Source of the DNA: Octopus sinensis
Lineage: Eukaryota
Direction of reading: 5' to 3'
Length of the DNA stretch: 64,000 nucleotides
Assembly: GCF_006345805.1 (NCBI RefSeq)
Contig: NC_043012.1
Coordinates: forward strand, 46,996,001-47,060,000
Of the stretch, positions 39,889-50,580 are shown one piece after another. Each line of letters begins with the position of its first letter. The first letter of the stretch is position 1. A program made the translations under genes and the position numbers. The notes beneath the pieces were generated by a model. The model ran no database searches, had not been told where the DNA came from, and saw nothing but the letters and a program-made list of their open reading frames with translations.

Positions 39889-41657
39889 GATTTTATTACT
39901 ACCCACAAGGGGCGAACATAGAAGGGACAATACAATCGAGGAACTTAAAATAAGAAAGCGAAATGACAAGAAAAGGAAAAAATTAAAAGTAAAAAATGAC
40001 ATATGAAAGAATATTTACAATGAGATGTAAATGCCCACTCGATCCCCGAAATCGAGAGGTTACATTTTCGTCACATATATTTTACAATATTTTCTTTTTT
40101 TTTTTCTTCTTTCTTCTCTCTTCTCACAATTTTATACGTATTCCATAATACCTTTCAAGTCTCTAAAGTCAATCACTGAGCCCTCAGGCAGCCGCTCTTT
40201 CATTCGAACACCCGTGTAAAAAATTACACTCTCTCCGGCAGCTCTGAGGAACTCAGCGACTCTTTCTTCGGGGATCAGAGCAGTCTCCTGCCACTGATCA
40301 GTCATCCTGTTGACCCACACATGTCCCTCCGTACTACATGTCAATTCCTTCATTTCAGGGGTGAAATGGAAGGTTATTAACTTGTAGTAATCTTGTTTCC
40401 GTCCTACGTTTTCTCTCGTTTTTCTTTTCGGGCTTACTTCTTCCTTGTTCTCCTCTCTTTGTTTCTCTCTTTCTCTCTTTTTGCCTTCTTTTCTTTCTTC
40501 TTCCTTCTCTTGTCTTTTTGGTTCTTTGTCTGTTCTCTCTTTCTCTCGTGTTTTATGTTCCTTTTCTTTTTCTTTTTGTGTGCCGTCTTTTCTTTTCGTT
40601 TGATTCTGATCTCTCTCTTGTTTTTTTCCTGTTGTTCTTTTTCCTTTTTCTTTTCCTGACTCTGTTTTGTTCTATTTCTTTCTTTTCTTTTATTTCTTTT
40701 TCCTTCGTGACTTATTATTTCCTTCTCTTGTTGTTTTGTCTCCTTTTCTATGTTTTCTTTTTCATTTACCTTATTCTTCCTTTCTTCAAGTTCCTGCTCG
40801 TACTCCGCTATGAATTCGTATAGCGGGCACTCTTTTTTAATGTGCCCCCTTGTCCCGCACAAGTAGCAGTTTGGCTTTCTTCCCTCTACAATTACACTGA
40901 GGGTTTTCTCGTCTTCGATTTCTATTCTGTAGGGGAACCTTTCAATGTCCTCTTTTGTGGCCATCAAACACAGTTCTACCCCATATCCTCTCCAGTTTAC
41001 TGCGTTGGACTCCTTAAAGGATTCCACCTCCACTTCCTCTTCTGCTGCTCCCAGAATAGCTGTTGCCAGCCACTCTGTTTTTATTTCTGGGGGTATATTC
41101 GGGATTTTAACCCGGACCCCTCTTCTTCCCTTGTATGAGGGCCACATTATAAATGTTTCCGCTCTTAGAACAGTGGTAGCCAGTGAGGCTGCAATTTCTT
41201 CCGTTGCACATCTCACCTCCACCGTACCAATTTTTTTCCTCTACTCACGTAGGTCGATTTATCCATTATGTCTCCCAGACATTTTTCGATCTCTGCTATC
41301 TCCACTCTTGCCAGTTTCTTTGTACTTTTGTCCTGGGTTCTATACGTTACAGTTTTTTTTTCTTTGTCCTCTTTTGCTTTCACGGGGGGGATTAGCTTCA
41401 CGCTATCACCCTCCCTTCTGAATAGCTTTTCGTATTCTTTGATTATTCTTCTCAAAGAAAACATCCTTCACGACTATCGAGCAATCATTACTTCTCTTTC
41501 CCGTGACCCCCGCGTAAGTCGCCATGACTAGAGGGTCAATTCACCTTCTTCGGAAGGTTTCCACACGTAGAGGCAAACGCCTCGCGCGATATAAATTCAA
41601 TTTACACAACAAAAATTCCTGTCTAGTCACAGATAACAACACGTATATAGCTTGGCG
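39889..41657 (-). mobile_element. Unit C2: second copy of the C family (ORF1 ATG 41525 to stop 40132)
   Basis: Colinear with C1, differing mainly by small indels. Confidence 0.85.
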
Positions 41658-41740
41658 CCAGGTGTTCAAATCTTCTTTTTCCTCTATATTGTATACTTTA
41701 TAGACAATAGTCTTTTCTTTAATTTAACTTTTTATTATTC
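41658..41740 (-). pseudogene. 5' half of the interrupted host ORF1
   Basis: Minus strand reads KEKTIVYKVYNIEEK and ends at ACCTGG, matching the segment preceding IEKCL in unit A (KIRIIYKTFNTTSK). Confidence 0.65.
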
Positions 41741-42212
41741 ATCTGGACTATTCCATTTCTGCACGCTAATTTTATTTATTCCCATTCATGTGAAACCACT
41801 TATTCAAGTTCAAGTCATTGATGCAATTTTATACCAGGTGCTATTTTTACTTTTGTTATGTTACGATTATATTATCCTTTAGTTTGATTTTAATTATTAC
41901 TTACTACATATAATTCAATTGTTATTATTATTTTTATTGTTAAAGTGAAAGTATCTTACATAAAACAGAGAAATGAATTTGTTTCACTTTTAACACGTAA
42001 TACTGAAATAGCGGAGAAGATATGATATTGTTAGGGGCTCGCTCTAGGCAAGAAGTTGAACATTTTTTCCCGATGACATTCCCCGGGCCCTAAGCAAGGC
42101 ATGTGTAAAATTTGAATGAAATTAGTTGTGTAGTTCTCAAGTTTTAAGGAAACACACAGACATATACATATTCTCAGTTTTATATATATAGAGATGAATA
42201 TATATATATATG

Positions 42213-43345
42213 TACATCAGGTCATTAAGAATTAAGTGTCCGATTTTCTTATGCACCAAGTTTGACAGTCCTAAACTCTAATGTTTTATCCTAAAAACTC
42301 TTTGTTTTACAAAATTGAAGAGTTACATCATCACTTTTCGGAATGTAATTCATAGTATCTGATTACATTGTGAGTTATTTTCTCTTGTAAATCAATTTTG
42401 TGAACCCATAGATAAATAAAAAAAATCATGTTGCTTATCAATATGAGTTCCGTCCTGGAATCAATGCATCGTAGACAGCTCGAAAGAAGATGTGACAAAT
42501 TAGCGCACTGTACTACGACGATGTAAGGTGTTCCGGTCTGGTGACTTTGCTGGTGAAAATCAGGCCTGTGATCGACCTGAGACCTAGGTGGATGTTGAAG
42601 CGGATAGAGTTAACAGGAAGGTTTGATGCTTCGATTCCATCTCTAATGGACTATCTGAACCAAATCGGCAAGGTAAAGAATCCATTTTTCATCACAAGTA
42701 ACAATACGATGCCTAATATGTAACAAAACGATGCAAGGTAAAGAAGCTGGGCAAGTGGGTACCACACAAACTGAACAAGTATCAGATGACATGTCGTTTT
42801 AAAACTAGCTGTTCTTTGCTGTCACGGCATAAACGCGAAACATATTTGCATCGTATTGTTACGTGTGAGGAAAAATGGATTCTTTTTAACAATAGTAAGC
42901 GTTCTGCACAGTGGTTGGATGGAGACGTAGTACCAAAAAACAATCTTAAAAAGAATATTCACAAAAAGGAGCTAATGATCTATCTGGTGTCATAAACTAC
43001 AGCTTCATGAGACCTAGTAAGTCAATTATAGTGGATGTATACATCAACAGATTGAATGAAATGATGAGTGAACTTGGAATTAAATAAACCGAGATTGGGC
43101 AATAGAGACAGGCCAATTCTTTTGCAAGGCAATGCTCGACCACATGTTATAGAGAGAACGCTACTCAAGTTACAGGGACTGAACTTGGAAGTAGTCTGTC
43201 ATACCCCATATTCACCAGACCTTGCTTCAACTAACTATCACGTTTTCCAGGCATTAGTCAACTTTTTGCAGGGAAGAAACTTCAAATCTGAAGATGCTAA
43301 ACCTGCCTTTCGTGATTTTATCGCCTCTTGCTCTCCAGAATTCCT
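42213..43345 (+). mobile_element. Decayed mariner (Tc1/mariner, DD34D-type) transposon
   Basis: KKLGKWVPHKL (~42741-42773), IVTCEEKW, LQGNARPH and HTPYSPDLASTNYHVF match the WVPHEL, TGDEKW, HDNARPH and YSPDLAPSD motifs. Multiple stops. Confidence 0.88.
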
Positions 43346-43589
43346 TAGTTGTTTTATGTGTTTATGGGTCTGATATAATGAATCCATAAACACATATAAA
43401 ACATTCAAGAGTATATCATTTTCCCTCTGAAGATATAATCAGGTCATATAAATTTAATATTTGCATAATATTTACTGAGTATTAATTTAAACAGCTGTAA
43501 GTGTTAATGATTAATTAGCTGTTAATAATAAACAATTATTAAGTTCCCAATCTCCACTTTCTTTTTCTTTTTGTATATGAATATAAACT

Positions 43590-43752
<163 letters not shown>

Positions 43753-44228
43753 TGTACGTGATCGTCATAACTTTCGCAATACATAAAAAACACACCTATT
43801 ATTACAATCGCCGGGACCCGAGGGTTCCGTACAAGATTCCTTATGGTTTTACCACTGGTGTATTTTAATATCTTAGCAAGTATCTTTTTCTCGTTTCAGC
43901 CCCCAGACTTCGGCCATGCTGGTGTACCGCCTTAAATATGTTGACTCATCCTTAACATTTCGCGAACACAAAGAGATATTATTGATTTTGTTTGGATCAC
44001 AAATTTTAAGAAGGTTTTGAATATTTTGAATATTTGGCAATAGGTACTGATTTTATTTCGCGGTCATTTTGGATCTTCACGAATATGATAATAAACATTA
44101 GTACTGAAATCAATACAACCGTTTCCATTGAATGCCATGTTACATTTACTTTTCAGATATATGTAGTGTGATTTGAGGCAGATTTTGCTGGTATATCTAG
44201 GAGGTCGAAAGATTATAGAACGGCTCAC

Positions 44229-44265
<37 letters not shown>

Positions 44266-44269
44266 CGGC

Positions 44270-44319
<50 letters not shown>

Positions 44320-44346
44320 CAGTAGTAGTAGTAGTAGCAGTAGTAG
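44229..44346 (+). repeat. (TAG)n tail of a short dispersed repeat at ~44160-44230
   Basis: Directly visible; related GC..CTATTTCTAGCAGGT motif at ~44448-44466. Confidence 0.8.
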
Positions 44347-45419
44347 TTACTCTTAGATCAGCACTCTGAGCAGAGGTATGAGGAATTGTGCTAGTTCCAG
44401 TATCGTAGTTTCATAAGATAACGATATATTGCTATTTAAGAAATTCGGCAACTATTTCTAGCAGGTTCTCTGACCGTGTAGTCTGACATCCATTTGGTTG
44501 TTACTCTCTTTGTATTTTTCGTGCTTCTATTTCTTCTGTATACATGTGATCGTATGAGTGTAGTATTGATGATTATTATACGCTTGAATTTTTTTATAAT
44601 ACATCCGTGTTTGATTAATCCTTAGTTATAGAAACATCAAATTGTGCCAGAATGATGTCTTCAAGGCATAAACTCTGAAGAAATTATTTCGAGTATTTTC
44701 TTTTTTATCTGTAGGTAAGCTCAGAAGCAGTTTGACATTCCTGAAGAAATATATTAAAATTTCTGTAATAGTTCTTATTCAATTTAATCCAAATAAAAAT
44801 TTGACATTTCTTACTCAAGTTTGCTCTTCATTTCAAAATAACATGGATTGCAACATTTCGCTAAGGGAGATTCGTGCTGCATCTTAGCAAATTTTGTGTC
44901 AGTTAATTAAGTGTTATTCAACAGTTTATTTAAAGCTAAAATACAGAGCACGTAGAAATTCATGATGCCTTGATCCGGCATGAATTAACCCACACAATTG
45001 TTCGAAAATATTAAAAGCCGCGGGCGAGATTAATGTAAAGCCTCATTTGTAGAATACGTCTAGAAATATATAATGTATAGAAAAAGCGTGTTATTTTCGT
45101 TGCAAACATTTTCCAGTACCCATATTTTCTCACCATTTTCTTTGCGGTTATACTGCGTCGACTGCACAAGAATATATGTTCCTGAAAAAACTGACAAACT
45201 TTATTAACAATCAGACTAGGCGTTGTTTCCTCTGTTGTAAAATTTACAATTGTTTACATGATTGCTTCATTCTATATAATGATGTTTCATTCTCAATAAA
45301 GATGTTTGATTCTTAATAATGATGTTAGCCTTGGTTGAAAAAGGATATTTTATGCATAAAGGACTCTCATTGCAGTCATCTAAGGTGACCAAGATGGTCT
45401 AATGCATACTTTGACTACA

Positions 45420-45610
45420 TACTGGTTTCAAATTTTGGCACAAGGCCAGCATGCTCATGGGAGTGGGTAAGTGGATTGCATTGACTCCAGTGTTTGCTTA
45501 TTTTATGGAGCTCGAAAGGATGAAAGACAAAGTCGTCTTCGGTGGTATTTCAACTCAGAACGCAAAGACAGACAACATACCAATTGTCCAGCTTCATTAC
45601 AACGTAATCA
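45420..45610 (-). mobile_element. CORE-like SINE, decayed
   Basis: GGCACAAGGCCAGC tail and CTCGAAAGGATGAAAGACAAAGTCG body. Confidence 0.7.
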
Positions 45611-45952
45611 TATTTACTATTTTCCGCACATCCATTGTTTCACAAGTCTGTGGTACATGTAATGACTTTAGACAGACGTATATTTACAGATAGGCTGCAC
45701 CCTAATAGACGTATATTTCTTAAAATGTCAACGGTTGCAAATTAACATTTTGTTGATCATTGTTACCGTACATAGAGGTTTGGGAGTAGGATTAAATTTG
45801 GATTTAATTCAAACTGTAAAACCGACTATTATTACTATTATATTTAGCTATTACTTTACATTAGCGATCTTAATATTCGTTAAAGGAATTATTTCCTAGG
45901 TATTGCTACGACCATTCTATAACAACTTATATTTACTTTTACTTGATAAACG

Positions 45953-46009
<57 letters not shown>

Positions 46010-47842
46010 CATGTATCTACGCTTGTGACTTGATGACTTGATAACATTTCAACTCATTGCAATCGTCGTCATGAGAATTGTTTTGTTTCACCTTCCCGTT
46101 TTTCAGTATAGTTTTACACATAGACTGTAGACTGATATTTAGTGTGGCTGGTGATTGCAGTTGAGGAAACCTAAATAACGGGGGGGGGGTCATTCGAACT
46201 AAAAATATATTCTATATATTCTACACAAGATAGTGAATACTTCGTTTACTATTCTCAGCCAAGCAAAATCTTTGGAATATGTAATGTGTGCACCATTGTT
46301 TGTGTGTATATGTTTGAATACACTTACTTTATTACGTCTACATTTAATATTGAAGATTTCCTATTTAATTTATATCTACGGTGAGCTTGATCCTGTATTT
46401 TTGAGGATTTTGGCATGGTATAATTGAATAAAGTAATTAACTGTTTCTCATTATTCAAGAAACACCTTAATTGTCGACCATAAATGTAGGAATATAGAAA
46501 AATGATGCAAAGCAGAAAAAATCAAGCCATTACACATCATGATGTGATTAAGTAAAGAGAACACGTCTCACGTTTACGTATGCATAATCACGATCATAAA
46601 TTATGTGCTTTGTTTTTCATTTATTCTCAGTCGAATCTAAGTATAGCTTTTGTCTTAAACACGTGTGAGGTTTCAGCATTGACATTGCACTAACGTTAAA
46701 GAGAAAGTGCATTACAATAATGTAAATTGCAGCCATTTCTAGTAACCCTTGTATTTTGCAGAATAACACTATTCAGCACTTATTCAGCTTATCCTGAATA
46801 GGGAAAATGCGTAGCCGAGATGCTTATGCATACAATGGCGCATTAAAAGACAAATTCTTAATCGATATTAAGAATTTGTGAGTCGCCTACGGAGCACCAC
46901 TACTATTCATGTGCACAAAAATATGAAACGGAATAATGTATGATATAGAACCCACATCTCATTAGAGTTTGTTGAAATATTGCCAGTATTTTCTTGAACA
47001 TTACAAATAATTGTTGTATAAACCATATGTTTCGAAAGAGGCTTTATAGATATGACCTTAAGAGAAAATGTAATTCGCGAAAAAGAGGGCTTATTGTATA
47101 GACAGTGAAGAAAATAAAAAAATAACTAAGAAAATTAAAATACGCTATCTATGCAATTACATTAACCCAAATATATACCCTCAAATGATATGTGCCTTTT
47201 CTAAATTAAATGTGGGTCTAGCTAAAATCTCCTTTCATATAACAGAGAATTTGCATGGGATTATATAAATGTTAATACATTGAGGAAGCCTTAAGAGATT
47301 AATCTAACAAGGGAATTTAGATGAGAACTACCTCATTTATTTGAACTGAAAGAGATTTGCTTACACAAGTATATATTTATACACAAACACAACTCCTCCA
47401 TATATATATATATATATACCTATATAATAAAGCTCAACCTCTGTGTGTCTGTATATCTATAGGACGAAATGGAATAGAAAAAACATAAAAACAAAGTATG
47501 TGTTCTCATGTAACATTTCCCAAGATAGACGATGAGCTACGTAAAATTTAATTTCCATTGCGATTACGGGACTTAAAGGGGGCAAACACACACGATGACA
47601 TTTCAAATCAGATTTCGATGAAAATAACAACATAAATACAAGGTACTAAATAAAGACGATTTCCATAATGTCACCATCTTACAAGTTAACCCACACCTAA
47701 TAGCGTTTATAACACGGGACAGAGCCCCCTTGAAAGTGCAAATACACCTACTTCTCATACAAGATACATAACGTTAAGTATGTGTTCTTGGAATATATGT
47801 ACTACGAAACTTCAACAGTGCTTATCTCATGTATATATGTAC

Positions 47843-47896
<54 letters not shown>

Positions 47897-47925
47897 ATTT
47901 AGGAATGGTCATTTTGACAGTTTAG

Positions 47926-48007
<82 letters not shown>

Positions 48008-48019
48008 TATATATATATA

Positions 48020-48211
48020 CGACTGACTTCTTTTAGTTTCCCCCCAACCAAATCCACTCACAAAGCTTTCGTCTGCCTAAGGTTATAATAGAAGATATTG
48101 CCCATGCAGTGGGAATGAACATCAGAACCATGTGGCAAACTTCAAATCACGCAGCCATTCATAGATTGATAAACGACAAACAGACAGACAGACAGACAGA
48201 TAAATAGATAA

Positions 48212-48309
<98 letters not shown>

Positions 48310-48579
48310 GATAGATATTGGTTTCAGATTTTTCCACAACGCTGGCATGTTGTGGAGGAACGGTTGAGTTGATTACGTAGACCTGGTACCTCTAGGGGAC
48401 TTCTATATACACCGAAAAGGTTGAAAGATGAAGAGGAATTCATTGAAATTTGAACTCAAAACGTATAGAGGAAATGCGACAAAGCATCTTGTTTGGTGTG
48501 TATATTTATATATATGTATATACACATATATGTATATATATGTATACACACATATACATACATACACACACACAAATAT

Positions 48580-48635
<56 letters not shown>

Positions 48636-49859
48636 TAATCCAAACAAGAAAGCACCAAAAAACACAACAACGCGAGGAGGTGGAACAAATATAGTATTAT
48701 TGGACGCTCAGGAAGGAAGGAAAGAAGGAGGGTCTAACGTTTCGAGCGGAGCTCTTCGTCGGAAACATAGGAGAAGCAAAGATCCAGAGAAGGGAAGACA
48801 GAGGAAAAAAATCGCCATCGGTACACACGAGGTCACATTTTGAAAGCATATACATATACATATATACAGACAACGGTTTTCTCACAGTTTCCTTTTGCCA
48901 AATTCAATCCCAAACCTTTCTTTAAAGGGGCTATAGTAGAAGACGAAACTTGCCCAAGATACCACGCAGTGGCACTGAGTCCGGAATCATGTGGTGTGGA
49001 AGCAAGTTTCTTAACACAAATCCACTTCTATAAAGCTGCCAGCTGGCAGAAACTTTGCACGACACTCAAGATGCTTTGCCGCAGTTCCTCTATCTTTACG
49101 TTTTGAGTTCAAATTTCAAGGAACTCCTCTTCATCTTTCAAACTTTTCGGTGTATAAAGAAGGGCCCTAGAAATACCAGGTCTACGTAATCGACTCACCC
49201 GTTCCTCCACAACAGGCCAGCATTGTGACAAAATCCGAAACCAATATCGGTGTCTGTTATCTGGATAGGCTCTACATCTCATACTTGCGATGTGAATAAA
49301 TGTAGAAGAAATTACGTGTTGCTTTTATTAAAAAGAAGCAAAATAGAATAAAATTTTACATGTTAGTACCTTTAGAGAAAATGTCGTTTAACTTACGCTA
49401 CAGCAACCAATTCCATGTAGAAAAAACGGTAGATTAAATGATGGGAGAACCGAAAGCATGAAGTTAGAAGCCATTACAGTGCGACGTGACAAATGTTTGT
49501 GGAAAGAGTGGACATTCTGGTGATGTGGAGTGATACACAGTGGCTGAGTAAGTAGCATTACTGCAGACAATAATGAATCTGATAAGGAAGAGAATGATGA
49601 TGGGAAGCAGGATGGCCATGATCACCATTACAATTATATCGCGTGTCGACAAACGCTTCGGTATATATTATATAGCTCGTTTTGTCATGTATAGTATTGC
49701 TTTGTAGATCGATGAATTCAGTCTCGCTTTCCACACCCCGCCAACCGTCTACACTTTCATGCGAACGCCTCATGAAAGCAGCAAAATCTATATTACAATC
49801 ATTTTGGAAGTAGTGTAACGAACAGTTCTTTGACGTTCCGAAAACAATAACTTATTCCA

Positions 49860-49890
<31 letters not shown>

Positions 49891-49896
49891 CACACA

Positions 49897-49931
<35 letters not shown>

Positions 49932-50241
49932 CGTATGTATCTATGTGTGTATGTACGTATGTATATACTATGTAGTTATGTATGTTTGTATGTATGTTTT
50001 TAAGCTTCTGTTTATCTTTGAAAGTTGTTATCAGGTGGAAGTGAAACTGAACTGAAAATCTTGTTATAAAATAAAACAGCCATTCAAAAGATCTATGTTC
50101 CACAAGTATGCATGTATTACAGTAAATCTGCCGTGTCACCAGTCTTGGTCTAAAGTCAGAGTTCTACAGTAAGCCTACATTTTTCAGCCGTGTCTAGATT
50201 GAGGTCGTCCTTATAATGTCGCCGGTGAACAGACCAAACTG

Positions 50242-50333
<92 letters not shown>

Positions 50334-50514
50334 GTCTGTCTGTCTGTTTATCAATCTAGGAATGGCTGCGTGGTTTGAAGCTTGCTTCTCAACCACATGG
50401 TTCGGAGTTCATTCCCACTGCATGGCACCTTGGGCAAATATCTTCTATTATAACCTTGGGCAGACGAAAGCTTTGTGAGTAGATTTGGTTGGGGGAAACT
50501 AAAAGAAGTCAGTC

Positions 50515-50520
<6 letters not shown>
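48020..50520. repeat. Local inverted duplication of a SINE-(GATA)n-SINE block
   Basis: 48314-48490 is the near reverse complement of 49067-49248, and 48020-48310 of 50241-50520. Confidence 0.8.
48634..48849 (-). mobile_element. Second copy of the hammerhead-like short repeat
   Basis: Minus strand 48732-48766 reads GTTT-CCGACGA-A-GAGC-TCC-GCTC-GAAAC-GTT-AGAC. Confidence 0.6.

Positions 50521-50580
<60 letters not shown>

Noticed and set aside
34245-41657. Array units as CRISPR-like repeats or pure assembly duplication
   Set aside because: Units are kb-scale coding elements. B1 and B2 differ by real substitutions and A, B and C are distinct families. C1 versus C2 alone could still be an assembly duplicate and needs read support.
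32700-41882. Many plus-strand F/S/L-rich ORFs over the array
   Set aside because: They are antisense shadows of the Lys/Glu-rich minus-strand ORF1s and of ORF2.
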